Positions 10,928 to 20,403 of a DNA stretch of 64,000 nt are shown one piece after another. This DNA comes from an uncultured bacterium (GTDB lineage Bacteria > Patescibacteriota > Minisyncoccia > Phycocordibacterales > PALSA-1337). Where the stretch lies: positions 13,464 to 77,463 of the forward strand of contig CAWKEA010000002.1 in assembly GCA_963848635.1 (NCBI GenBank). Direction: 5' to 3'. The position numbers and the translations under genes are program-made. The notes beneath the pieces are model-generated. The model saw nothing but the letters and a program-made list of their open reading frames with translations. It was not told the DNA's origin and did not search any database. The stretch's first letter is position 1, and each line of letters opens with the position of its first letter.

Positions 10928-12154
10928 TCAATAATTCCTCAATCTCCCGGCTTTTTCGTGCTGTCGTATCTTTTCATGGGCTTTTGCCTCGATCTGGCGG
11001 ATGCGCTCGCGGGTGACCTCGAACTCCTTGCCGACCTCTTCGAGGGTATGCTGGACGCCGTCCATCAATCCACAGCGCATCTCCAGGATCTTTCGCTCTT
11101 TTTCCGACAATTCATTCAGGATCTCGCGCACCTGGTCAGCCAATATGCGGCGGGAGCTTTCCTGATCCGGCGATAGGATCTTGTCGTCTGCGATAAAGTC
11201 GCCGAGAGTCGATTTATCCTCGCCTTCGTCGCCGACCGGCATCTCGAGCGAGCCGACCGGTTGGTCGATCTTTTCTATCTGATATATCTTGTCGACCTCG
11301 ATTCCCATCTCGGTGGCGATCTCTTCTGGCAATGGGTCGCGGCCGAGGTCCTGGGTCAGACGGCGGACGACTTGCTTGTATTTGGCGATCGTCTCGACCA
11401 TGTGAACCGGCACGCGTATGGTGCGGCTTTGGTCGGCCAATGCGCGAGTGATGGCCTGGCGTATCCACCACGTGGCATACGTCGAGAACTTATACCCTTT
11501 TGTCCAGTCGAACTTGTCGACTGCCTTGAACAATCCGAGGTTGCCTTCCTGAATGAGGTCGAGCAGGGTCAAGTCAGGAGAACGGCCGACGTATTTTTTT
11601 GCGATAGAGACGACGAGGCGCAGGTTCGCTTTGGCCAAAAGGCCCTTAGCCTCGTTGTCGCCGGCGGCAATGTGCCGTGCCAGCTCTTTTTCGCGCGCAG
11701 CGGAGATGAGCGGATACTGGCCTATCTCGCGCAGATACATCTGTATGGAATCATAAGCGGAATCTCCCGAACGCGATCCATATGAATATTTTTTGGATGC
11801 TGGAGCGGCGTCCTTCTCAACACTGAGAAGACCCCCTCCTTCGAGGATGTCGATGCCGGAGGCGGCGAACTTGCTGTACAAGTCATCGAGAAAAGAAATG
11901 TCGGATTCGACGGTCGGAAATTCCCTGAGTATCTCGTCATATGTCACGAAGCCGCGCTCCTTGCCCTTGACCATGAGCTTGCCAGCCTTTGTGTCGGATA
12001 TCTTCTGAGCGTCCTTCTGTTTTTTTGACTGTTGCGATTTCTTTGATTCCTTCGGTTTTGCCGCCGAGGCCGGCTTCTTGTGTATTGAAATGGGCTTTTT
12101 TGAAGCCTTTGTTGTGCTCTTCGTATTTATTTTTTTTGACGTGCTTTTTGCCAT
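10928..12154 (-). CDS. rpoD: RNA polymerase sigma-70 factor RpoD
   Basis: Regions 1.2 through 4, including [32 protein letters not shown], and region 4 [21 protein letters not shown]. Confidence 0.9.
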   Translation of the reverse strand: MAKSTSKKINTKSTTKASKKPISIHKKPASAAKPKESKKSQQSKKQKDAQKISDTKAGKLMVKGKERGFVTYDEILREFPTVESDISFLDDLYSKFAASGIDILEGGGLLSVEKDAAPASKKYSYGSRSGDSAYDSIQMYLREIGQYPLISAAREKELARHIAAGDNEAKGLLAKANLRLVVSIAKKYVGRSPDLTLLDLIQEGNLGLFKAVDKFDWTKGYKFSTYATWWIRQAITRALADQSRTIRVPVHMVETIAKYKQVVRRLTQDLGRDPLPEEIATEMGIEVDKIYQIEKIDQPVGSLEMPVGDEGEDKSTLGDFIADDKILSPDQESSRRILADQVREILNELSEKERKILEMRCGLMDGVQHTLEEVGKEFEVTRERIRQIEAKAHEKIRQHEKAGRLRNY

Positions 12155-12279
12155 TATGGCTCTATAAGGACCAGGTTGACAATTCTAAAGCAAAACGAAT
12201 AAAGGCGCAACGTTGACATGTGGACAAGTGGGTGGTAGGGTTCGGAGAGACAACAATAAAACAAATACGGAGGTACTTT

Positions 12280-12771
12280 ATGTTTGATGAAAACACTTTG
12301 AATGTTCACGATCTCTGTCACGCATTCTTTACTGGGATGCTCAATGGATATGCCGGAAATTCCAAAACGAGCTTGATTCCCGAATTGGCCGCCAAGATTA
12401 TGACTTGGAAAGAAGGCCATTACGCCTTGGTCGACCATTGGCAAACGACAAAGCTCAGCCGAAAAAGCTTTGGAACAACCATGATCTCCTTTGACGATGA
12501 CATCGTCTGGGAGATGCAATACTGGGGTGAGTACAAGGATGAAGTGATTCCGTTTCTGAAGGAAGCTTTAGCGGCCGCTTATGGGGATAGATTGTTCTGC
12601 GGCGGAAGAGGGGCATATCGTTTCGAAAAGAGCGGCCTGCTGTATGTTAATGTTCCATCTTCAAACGACTTTGAAGATTTCAGCGGCAAGGAAATGGTGA
12701 TAAACGGAGCAGGCCATGTCCAAGGATGGCACAAATACCGCGGCATGCAGACTTGGCGCAATGGAAAGTAA
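12280..12771 (+). CDS. Conserved hypothetical protein
   Basis: ORF 12220-12771, with the likely start at MFDENTLNV. Followed by the terminator at 12803-12832. Confidence 0.45.
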   Translation: MFDENTLNVHDLCHAFFTGMLNGYAGNSKTSLIPELAAKIMTWKEGHYALVDHWQTTKLSRKSFGTTMISFDDDIVWEMQYWGEYKDEVIPFLKEALAAAYGDRLFCGGRGAYRFEKSGLLYVNVPSSNDFEDFSGKEMVINGAGHVQGWHKYRGMQTWRNGK

Positions 12772-12802
12772 AAACTGATCGACTTCCCTTTCGATCTTCA
12801 AG

Positions 12803-12832
12803 CCCTGCGCAACCTGCGGGGCTTTTTTATTG
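12803..12832 (+). terminator. Rho-independent terminator
   Basis: GC hairpin (AGCCCTGCG..CTGCGGGGCT) followed by TTTTTTAT. Confidence 0.55.
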
Positions 12833-12862
12833 CAAAAGTCAGCCTTTCACAAAATGAGATTA

Positions 12863-12897
12863 AGAAATCTTTACAAATTTTTTAACTTTTCTTAATG
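12863..12897 (+). promoter_or_regulatory. Recurrent 35-bp promoter-like motif, copy A (AAGAAATCTTTAcAAaTtTTTTAACTTTTCTTAATG), with a TATAAT box 12 bp downstream
   Basis: Near-identical to copy C at 20404-20439 and similar to copy B at 15915-15950. Confidence 0.5.
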
Positions 12898-12919
12898 ATC
12901 ATTATATATAATTTGCGAT

Positions 12920-13318
12920 ATGAATGAAGAATATGTAAAGGAATTCGATCTTTGGAATACCAGGAAAAAAGAGATCGAGAAATCAGTTGTCGAACGTCTA
13001 TGCCACGAACGAGAAGTCTGGTGGTGTGCGCTTGGCGTCAATATTGGCTTGGAACAAGATGGTAAAAATGAATTATTTGAAAGACCGGTTCTAATCCTAA
13101 AGAGATACAACAAAAACTTGGTTCTCATTTTACCCGTTACAAGCACAGAAAAAGACAATGCATATTATGTGAAGATAAAGAGTGCCATGGCTTCAAGCGT
13201 CATTTTGTCGCAAATCAGATCAATAGACAGTAAAAGGCTCTTAAGAAAGGCGGGAATGATTTCCATGAAAGAATATCTTTTCATATTCTTTAGCCTTCTT
13301 AGAACATTGCTACCATAA
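12920..13318 (+). CDS. PemK/MazF-family endoribonuclease toxin-like protein with no adjacent antitoxin ORF
   Basis: GLEQDGKNELFERPVLILK ... LILPVTST ... SVILSQIRSIDSKR matches the MazF/Kid fold signature. Confidence 0.65.
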   Translation: MNEEYVKEFDLWNTRKKEIEKSVVERLCHEREVWWCALGVNIGLEQDGKNELFERPVLILKRYNKNLVLILPVTSTEKDNAYYVKIKSAMASSVILSQIRSIDSKRLLRKAGMISMKEYLFIFFSLLRTLLP

Positions 13319-13445
13319 AAGACGAAACCCCGCCAAAAATATGAATTTAAGGCGGGGAATCTCGGAGGCCGAAGCCATTGTACTGATATTTTAGCAAACC
13401 TACCTCCTTTGTCAACCAATGCTTGTAAAATGTTGTAAAAAAGAA

Positions 13446-15260
13446 TCACTCCTTCCTCCTTTTCCTCACGTCTTCCAACTTTCTTGAGAGCTCATGGCAC
13501 AGCTTGCCTGCGGCGTTCGATTTGTCGATATCCTTCTCCCGTTCGGCGGCGGCGAGGTCGGCCATGGCCTCCGCAAGCCTCCCCTTTAATATATCTTCCT
13601 CGAAATTGATCATGAGCTCGTCGAGCTCTTTTTTGATGTCGCGGCCTTCACCGTAGGTGATCTCTGCCTCAAGGACGAGCTCGTCGCGAAATGGAGCGAT
13701 ATCGGCGATCATCTTGTCATATCCGTCGCCGACGATCTCTCGGAGATGATCAAAGTAGCCTTTTGGCGCGATAGATGATTTTTCAGGGCTCTTTTCGATT
13801 GAAGTAAGGATGCCGAAGAGCTTGCGCGCGACCATGTCGAGGCGTGCCGGCGAGGCAGGCTTTGGAGCTGTGGCATTATCCCTCGCCGTTGCGAGCGCGG
13901 CCCGAGATTCCGAAGCGGCTTCGGCAGATTTCTTTTCAAGGACGGACTTGAGGTCATCGCGAACCGCTTCTTCGGACAGGCCGGTTTTGGTGTGGATCAT
14001 CTTGATCCAGTGCGAGCGCTCCATACTGCCCTTGACCTCGGCGATGAAGGGCAAGACCTTTTCTCGGATGGCTGTCGGGAGCTTCCGCGGATCGAGCTTG
14101 GCTTTGCCGTCGGACGAAACAGTTTCCTTCATGATGCCGTCGAGGACGAATTCGACGATCGGCTTTGCGTGGCGCAGAGTTTCCTTCCAATTCTCGGGAT
14201 TTGCAAGGACAAGATCGGCGGGATCCTTCCCCCCTTCTATATCGGCGATTTTGACATCCATGCCGAGATTGAGGGCGATGCGAGCGGCGCGGAGAGCTGC
14301 GTTGTGACCCGCTTTGTCTGAATCAAAAGCAATGAGCAAGATTCGGCGACAAGCGGCGGATGATGCCGAGATTGTTCGTCACCTGCTCGCGTGAGATGGT
14401 ATCGTCAGCGAGCGCGTGCCCGAGGCCGCGACGGTATTCTTTATTCCCGCCTGATGCGACATGATGAGGTCCATCTGGCCTTCAACCAGAATCGTATAAT
14501 CCTTTTTGCGGATCTCGCTTTTCGCCTTGTCGATGCCGTAGAGAACGGCTGATTTATCGTAGAGCGGCGTGTCCGGCGTGTTTATATACTTGCCCTCGCC
14601 TTCCTTTTCATGAAGCAAACGGCCGGAAAATGCGATAACGCGGCCGGATGAATCCATGATCGGAAACATGACGCGGTCGCGGAAACGGTCGTAATAATTG
14701 CCGGATCCGTCTTTCCTTCTTGACCAGGCCCGCCTTCTCCATATCGGCTGTCCGCTCACGATCCTCTTTTTGGACGAGGGCGTCGTCGCGAGATGCCGCC
14801 AACCCTCAGGAACAAAGCCGATGCGGAATTCCTTGATCGTCTCGTCTGTGACTCCCCTTTTCTTCAGATATTCTTTCGCTTCGCCGGAAAGCTGCGACTG
14901 GTAGAAAATCGCGGCGGCCTCCATGACTGAATAGCAGCACGCTCGCGCTCGGTTTTTCTTTTCCCGATTTTCAAAAGCGATAGGAATGCCCGCGCGCTCT
15001 GCCAACAATTTCAAGGCGCCCATGAAATCGAGCCCTTCGAACTGCTCGACAAACGTGAAGATGTCGCCCTTCGCCCCGCAACCGAAGCAATAGAACGAGC
15101 CGCGATCAGGCGACACAAAGAACGACGCTGTCTTTTCATTATGGAACGGACAGCGGCCTTTGAAGTTCTTGCCCGCCTTTTCCAGCTTCATATACGACGA
15201 AATGACCTCCTCGACGCCGAGGCGCTCTTTTATCAAATCGACTGTGGAGCGGTCTCTCAT
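13446..15260 (-). CDS. dnaG: DNA primase DnaG, interrupted by two compensating single-nucleotide frameshifts within about 14340-14400 (ORF fragments 14379..15260 and 13446..14339)
   Basis: The upstream fragment has the zinc-finger CPFHNEKTASF, the RNA-polymerase domain and the start of TOPRIM (ILVEGQMDLIMSHQAGIKNTVAASGT). The downstream fragment continues TOPRIM (LIAFDSDKAGHNAALRA). The intervening 27 codons read in a third frame as ALADDTISREQVTNNLGIIRRLS. Confidence 0.8.
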
Positions 15261-15355
15261 GCGCGTATTGTACGCTTTTTACACGTTATACTCAAACCAT
15301 GGTCGGAAATAAAAAAGCGCCACTGTGAAGCGAGCGCTTGTGACACCAATCCGGA

Positions 15356-15889
15356 TTAATGTTTGACAGCATCTTTCCAATAACGGAACGTGCTTTTCTC
15401 GATCGAACCTGGGTACTGTTCCTCAACTTCCTGCAAAGCCGCCAAAAATGCTCGCGACTCTTCTCGGAGACCAAGCATGGTTAGACACTTCAGGATGCGT
15501 GTAATCCGGAGCAAATTATGGTTTTGAGGTGTAAGCCAATGCTCCGCTTGTCGCCGGAAAACGACTCGTGTGTTGCCGATGACGACTTTTCCTTGAACGG
15601 ACCCCATCGTAAAACCATAGAATTTAAGCATCCGTGCAAATGATCTCAGAAGATTACTGCGGAGTTTTGCAACAGACAGAAAGGCTTGGATATCCTCTGC
15701 GGTGAGCACAGGCGCATCAGAATTGAATCGGCTTGGTTCAGGCCACTGAATGTAATCGTGGACAGTCTCGAGCCTGTTGTCGTTCCACGAAAGGATCTCA
15801 CTGAGAGTCCGGCCATTAGCATCGAATCCTCTTCCAGAATAGAAACGTGTAAAAACGGTTGTGGTTTTCATCTGACTGCAGATAACCAC
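15356..15889 (-). CDS. OGFr-conserved-region-like domain protein (hypothetical)
   Basis: 177 aa, resembling the bacterial OGFr N-terminal conserved region (HDYIQWPEP ... NHNLLRITRILKCL). Confidence 0.45.
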   Translation of the reverse strand: MVICSQMKTTTVFTRFYSGRGFDANGRTLSEILSWNDNRLETVHDYIQWPEPSRFNSDAPVLTAEDIQAFLSVAKLRSNLLRSFARMLKFYGFTMGSVQGKVVIGNTRVVFRRQAEHWLTPQNHNLLRITRILKCLTMLGLREESRAFLAALQEVEEQYPGSIEKSTFRYWKDAVKH

Positions 15890-15914
15890 GATTCACCGAT
15901 CTTTGCAAGTCAAA

Positions 15915-15950
15915 ATTTTCTTTATAAAAAATTTAACCTTTCTTAATAAC
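15915..15950 (+). promoter_or_regulatory. Recurrent promoter-like motif, copy B (TTTTCTTTATAAAAAATTTAACCTTTCTTAATAACC), plus a TATAAT box at 15959-15964
   Basis: Shares TCTTTATAA..TTTAAC(C/T)TTTCTTAAT with copies A and C and drives the structured RNA downstream. Confidence 0.5.
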
Positions 15951-15970
15951 CAATTTTATATAATTGCATT

Positions 15971-16272
15971 CGAATGATCATTTTGACCTGTGGGGGTACC
16001 AGTGGTTGGGAGTTCCTCCTTGCTAGTTGGAGCTCGGGGGTTCGACTCCCCCTACCTCCACAGGGCAAAGTGATTATTGGCGATGTAGAGTGAGAGAAAT
16101 ACAAGAGTAATCTTTCGTAGTTCCGGACCGAGAAGCTATGAAAGTAAACTTAATTCACAGCATTCACTTGCATTTACTTACAAATTAGCTTATACTTTCC
16201 TTACAACTAGCAAGGAGGAGCCAATCAATGGTGAGTCCAACATAAATCCGCTTCGGCGGGTTTTGTGTTTTT
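15971..16272 (+). ncRNA. Structured RNA with a 5' tRNA-like domain and a long-range 16-bp helix; tmRNA-like (ssrA?) candidate of unusual topology
   Basis: The tRNA-like domain spans 15992-16060. It has a 5' acceptor strand GGGGGUA, a GG-containing D-analog, a T-arm GGGGG-UUCGACU-CCCCC, and a 3' acceptor strand UACCUCC+A forming a 7-bp stem with G3:U70. The 16-nt segment 16014-16029 is perfectly complementary to 16204-16219. The transcript ends at a hairpin plus U-tract at 16248-16272. No canonical ...LAA tag ORF was found. Confidence 0.4.
16248..16272 (+). terminator. Rho-independent terminator (CCGC-TTCG-GCGG + GTTTTGTGTTTTT), convergent with the mnmA stop
   Basis: A tetraloop hairpin followed by a T-rich tract. 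Confidence 0.6.
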
Positions 16273-17464
16273 ATAGAATCACTCCTCCTCCCAAGCAAAT
16301 TTCCCCCTCATACACGACGAGCGACTGCCCTCCCGTCAGAGCGTTCTGCGGCTTGTCGAATTCGATCGTGGCGGTTCCCTGCCTGCCGGCAGGCATGGTT
16401 TCCTTTTCATTAATTGAAGTAAAGACAAGCGATTCGAGCGGCTGGCGGTAGCGCGCGCGACCGGAATATTTTTTGCCAACTACCGGAGTTCCGCTCATCC
16501 AATTCGTCTTTTCGAGCTTGACCGACGTCTTCGCCTCTGCCAAAAGCCCATGCTTGTCCTTGTTCGAGACAGTGATCGTATTCTTGTCGAGATCTTTTGC
16601 CACAATGTAATACGGCTCGTCATGCGGCGTTTTCTTGTCGATGACAAATCCATGCCTCTCGCCGATCGTCAGAAAGAACGCGCCGTCGTGGCGGCCGATC
16701 GCGTTTCCTGCTTCATCCAAAACTTCCCCAGCTTTCGGCTCCATATAATGAGAAAGGAATTCCTTTATATCGACTTTACCAATAAAACAAAGGCCTTGGC
16801 TGTCTTTCTTTTCAGCATTCGGCAATTTGAATTTACGTGCCAGCTTGCGTACATCCGGCTTTTCGATGTCGCCTATCGGAAAAAGTATATGGGGCAGCTG
16901 TTCCGTGCGGATGTTCCAGAGAAAGTATGACTGGTCCTTGTTCGGATCGGAGCCAGCCAAAAGTTTCAAGTTGCAAGTTGCAAGTTGCAAGTTATTTTTT
17001 TCTTCACTTGTCACTTGTAACTTATCACTTGTAACTATTTTCGCATAATGCCCGGTCGCCACGAAATCAGCGCCTTGACCGATCGCCCAATCGTAGAACG
17101 CGCCGAATTTGACGCTCTTGTTGCACATGACGTCCGGATTCGGAGTACGGCCCGCCCGATATTCGGCGATCATATAGTCGACGACGTAGCGCTTGTATTC
17201 CTTTTCGAGATCGAGCGTCAAAAATGGTATGTCCAAAACAGCGGCGACGCGCATAGCATCCAGCCGGTCCTGCCGCCAATTGCAGTCCATCCAATCCGGT
17301 TGCCAGACTTTTATGAAGACGCCCATGACGTCATATCCTGCCGCCTTCAAAAGCGCCGCCGAAACCGAGCTATCGACGCCGCCGGACATGCCGACAAAAA
17401 CGCGTTTGGCGTGATTTTTGATTTTTGTGCTTTTAGTTTTCCCTTGACCTTTCATTCTTGGCAT
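16271..17464 (-). CDS. mnmA: tRNA-specific 2-thiouridylase MnmA
   Basis: PP-loop FVGMSGGVDSSVSAALL, the catalytic Cys region, and a C-terminal beta-barrel. The likely start is MPRMKG at 17464. Contains the in-frame repeat insertion at 16961-17037. Confidence 0.85.
   Translation of the reverse strand: MPRMKGQGKTKSTKIKNHAKRVFVGMSGGVDSSVSAALLKAAGYDVMGVFIKVWQPDWMDCNWRQDRLDAMRVAAVLDIPFLTLDLEKEYKRYVVDYMIAEYRAGRTPNPDVMCNKSVKFGAFYDWAIGQGADFVATGHYAKIVTSDKLQVTSEEKNNLQLATCNLKLLAGSDPNKDQSYFLWNIRTEQLPHILFPIGDIEKPDVRKLARKFKLPNAEKKDSQGLCFIGKVDIKEFLSHYMEPKAGEVLDEAGNAIGRHDGAFFLTIGERHGFVIDKKTPHDEPYYIVAKDLDKNTITVSNKDKHGLLAEAKTSVKLEKTNWMSGTPVVGKKYSGRARYRQPLESLVFTSINEKETMPAGRQGTATIEFDKPQNALTGGQSLVVYEGEICLGGGVIL
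16961..17037. repeat. Tandem heptamer (GCAAGTT, 4-5 copies) and its inverted partner (CACTTGTAAC-like, 3 copies), forming an imperfect hairpin inside the mnmA coding sequence
   Basis: The run aagtttcaagttgcaagttgcaagttgcaagtt ... cacttgtcacttgtaacttatcacttgtaac. It is in frame and encodes ...KLQVTSEEKNNLQLATCNLKLL... Confidence 0.6.
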
Positions 17465-17506
17465 GATATCAAAATAAGCAGAAACGAACAAGAAGAAAGA
17501 ACTTTT

Positions 17507-17872
17507 ATGAAAATATTGTTGATCGACCCCAATGCAAAGAGGCGTCGTTTGCTCTTGCGGCAACTCGAAGATGCTGGCCATAGTGTCGTGACAACCGACA
17601 GTACGGAAAAAGCAGAGAGCTACATGCGGCACTGGAAACCAGATGTACTGGTCAGCGCCGACGAAAAAATCACGGGGACCGATATTTATGAAGATACTAA
17701 GGCTGTCAACGAGCCATTTGTGCAGGAACCTCCATCTGTAACCATTACAGCACTGTGCCCCGAATCGAAAAGAACGTCAGGACGGCAAATCGACGACCCA
17801 AGCGTTTACCTCAAAACGTTGTTTGAATCAGGGATACTCAAAGATCCGGACGGTCGTAAGCGTCACAATTAG
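17507..17872 (+). CDS. Stand-alone response-regulator receiver (CheY-like) domain protein
   Basis: MKILLIDPNAKRRRLLLRQLEDAGHSVVTTD...PDVLVSADEKITG. The ORF-track entry 17048-17872 extends upstream antisense into mnmA, and that portion is rejected. Confidence 0.5.
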   Translation: MKILLIDPNAKRRRLLLRQLEDAGHSVVTTDSTEKAESYMRHWKPDVLVSADEKITGTDIYEDTKAVNEPFVQEPPSVTITALCPESKRTSGRQIDDPSVYLKTLFESGILKDPDGRKRHN

Positions 17873-17932
17873 AAGCCGGGCAATCCTCGGCTTCTTTTTT
17901 TATTGAGCATAAAGGCCATACCCGCTCGACTG

Positions 17933-19033
17933 CTACAGATATTTCGACTCATTCGCTATCTGGCCGTCATAGGTATCCGAATAATGGATGTTCCCCTTTG
18001 AATCAGATAGATAATACCAGTAGGTAGTGCTCGCCGGAGAAAGAGCGTCCTCGATGGCCGAAAGGCCAGGATTGCCGATCGGCGATGGCGGCAAGCCGCG
18101 ATTTCTATATGTGTTAAAGGGGGAATCAGTGGCCAGATCGCCGGACGTGAGCTTTGTCCCATTCTTGTCGAGAGCATAGGCAAGGACGGCATCGACTTCG
18201 AGAGGCATCTTATCATCGAGGCGCTTCCAGAGTATGCCCGCGATGATGCGGCGATCAGACGACGACGTCGCTTCGCGTTCGAGGATAGAGGCCATGATGA
18301 CGATGGATGAGGTCGCATGGCCTGAAACAGCGACACCAGCGCTCTCTCCAACGACCTTCTTGTTAAAAAGGTCCTGCATAGCCTGTATCGCATCGTCAGG
18401 CGATGTTTTTATGTTGAAAAAATATGTGTCAGGGAAAAGATATCCTTCAAGAGGTTTTGCTTCGGCTAGAAACGTCGAAGTCGCAAAGCCGGGAATATCC
18501 TTGCCAAGGATCCCCGAGATCTGTTCTGCGTCGAATCCCTCGGGGATGGTCACTTTTATCGGCATCAATCCCTGCTCTCCGTGAACAAGCCTCCATGCGA
18601 TCTCTATCACGGATTCCTTCGAAGCAAAGAGGTAATCGCCTGCTTTTATACCTCTTTGACCAGACAAAATGACGACCAACGATTTGAAAAGGGCTTCAGA
18701 TTTTATCAAATGGTCGACATAAAGTCCGCTTGTTACCTGGCCGAGCGACGAATTTCCTTCGATATGGAATGTGGTCTCCGCTGGAAAATCAGATGGGGGG
18801 ATCGTCGCGAAGACCGCCATGACAAAAACTACTGCCACACAAAAGATTCCCGCGGCTATAATGGACTTCTTTTGAAAGACGGGCGCTTTCGACAGCAGTG
18901 GCGGCAAAGCGTCTGAACGATCCATCGGCACGCCATATTTCATGTCCGCCGGCGCTAAAGAAGGCGGCTTTTCAGTCGCGTTATCCGCATCGCTTTCATA
19001 TTTCAGAGGCTTGAGATTGTCTGATAGTTCCAT
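17933..19033 (-). CDS. mltG: Endolytic murein transglycosylase MltG (YceG family)
   Basis: An N-terminal TM helix plus the YceG domain (GYLFPDTYFF ... ASILEREA ... NTYRNRGLPPSPIGNPG). Confidence 0.85.
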   Translation of the reverse strand: MELSDNLKPLKYESDADNATEKPPSLAPADMKYGVPMDRSDALPPLLSKAPVFQKKSIIAAGIFCVAVVFVMAVFATIPPSDFPAETTFHIEGNSSLGQVTSGLYVDHLIKSEALFKSLVVILSGQRGIKAGDYLFASKESVIEIAWRLVHGEQGLMPIKVTIPEGFDAEQISGILGKDIPGFATSTFLAEAKPLEGYLFPDTYFFNIKTSPDDAIQAMQDLFNKKVVGESAGVAVSGHATSSIVIMASILEREATSSSDRRIIAGILWKRLDDKMPLEVDAVLAYALDKNGTKLTSGDLATDSPFNTYRNRGLPPSPIGNPGLSAIEDALSPASTTYWYYLSDSKGNIHYSDTYDGQIANESKYL

Positions 19034-19043
19034 AGGATTCCGA

Positions 19044-20312
19044 TCACATCGGTATATTGGCTGGCGCTTCGCCCTTCTTTGACGGCACGCGGGTAAGCGT
19101 CGGGGTCGCCACGACTTGGCCCGGGAAATGATAGATGGTCGCGAGAGATTCCGAGCTCATGATCATAGGCTTGCCTTTATGCGGCGCATAAAAATACGAT
19201 CGTCGCTTGTACATAGCAAGCGAGCCTTCGGAATGGCCCTCTTTTTTCTTGCCACGAATATCCTGCCAAGGATAGCTTATACTTCCGTGCCATGCAGAGG
19301 CCGGCTTGAAGCCGTTCATGTGCTCGTTATTGAATTGCTTCCAGCTCCCGAGCATTCCGGCGATATTGGTCGGATTGAAATTGTCTTTTTGAGCCACATA
19401 CACGAGGCGTATGCCGACATCGAACCCGAGCTTTGAGATATTTCGCTCGATAGCAGCAATGATCTCCTCTTCGCCTTCGGTGAGATCGACTTTTTCCGCC
19501 TTATCTGCGCCTTCCTTTTTCTTCGTAGATTTGGTCTTCTCATCGCGATTCATCGTGTCATTGATTATCTTCTTTGCTTCCTCGCGCCATTTGTCATGCG
19601 ATTTCCAGATATGACCAGGCTTCGTATGATCGTCCTTTTTATACGCGCGGACGAGAATCTGTATCCAAGCTTGTTGATTCGCCCCGATCGATCCCAGAAA
19701 TTCAATGAGCGGCGCCATCGGATCGATCTTGAATTCTTCCTTTGGATCCTTGTTCAAGCCGTAATCGACATAGCTTTTTATGGGATACGAACTCTCCATC
19801 TTGCCGTCTTTATCCTTTGTAAAAGTAAGCTCTTCCGCCCAAACACTAACCGTGTCCTTGTCAAAATGCACCGACTGAGCATAATCTTCCACGTCATGGA
19901 CCTCGATGCCGGGAAACTGGGCGTAGAGCGAGGTCGAGATGAAATTCTTGAACGATTTCCTCATCCAGATAAAAAAATGTATCTGGCCTTCGATCGACAC
20001 GAGCTCGAGCGAGAACCATGGCCGCGTCTTGCCGAGCCAATATTTCGAATACCAGTCGCCTTCGCCTCCGGTCTGGTGGAGGGCTGTGAGAAATAGCTCC
20101 ATGGACGCCGGCGATTTCATGATCACTTTGGGCAATTTTATTTCGATCATAGCGTAGCTTTCCTTGAAAAAGAACTTCGCCCGGATGTATTCGACCCATT
20201 TATTGGCAAAGACAAGGAGCAAAACGAACATGACTGCCAAAGGCAGTAAAGCTATGACGATAACCTCTATTTGCTGAACCTGTACAGCTGACAAGCTTAT
20301 ATACTCGCTCAT
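19044..20312 (-). CDS. Hypothetical membrane-anchored protein (422 aa)
   Basis: An N-terminal TM helix and a large Lys-rich soluble domain. I recognise no family. Confidence 0.45.
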   Translation of the reverse strand: MSEYISLSAVQVQQIEVIVIALLPLAVMFVLLLVFANKWVEYIRAKFFFKESYAMIEIKLPKVIMKSPASMELFLTALHQTGGEGDWYSKYWLGKTRPWFSLELVSIEGQIHFFIWMRKSFKNFISTSLYAQFPGIEVHDVEDYAQSVHFDKDTVSVWAEELTFTKDKDGKMESSYPIKSYVDYGLNKDPKEEFKIDPMAPLIEFLGSIGANQQAWIQILVRAYKKDDHTKPGHIWKSHDKWREEAKKIINDTMNRDEKTKSTKKKEGADKAEKVDLTEGEEEIIAAIERNISKLGFDVGIRLVYVAQKDNFNPTNIAGMLGSWKQFNNEHMNGFKPASAWHGSISYPWQDIRGKKKEGHSEGSLAMYKRRSYFYAPHKGKPMIMSSESLATIYHFPGQVVATPTLTRVPSKKGEAPANIPM

Positions 20313-20403
20313 ATAACAATCATACCATATACGATACAGACGTTAGTCACAGATTCCTTGCAATGCAAGATCGGATCTCTACGCATAGATCGGATCTTGT
20401 ATA

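Noticed and set aside
15992-16060. Ordinary tRNA gene, possibly an amber-suppressor with a CUA-like loop
   Set aside because: There is no 5-bp anticodon stem with a 7-nt loop. The D-stem does not pair. It is 69 nt with CC at positions 8-9. The anticodon-arm position is a single strand that pairs with a distant downstream segment.
17048-17506. N-terminal 150 aa of ORF 17048-17872
   Set aside because: This part overlaps the mnmA coding sequence on the opposite strand. Only the receiver domain, from ATG 17507, lies in intergenic space.
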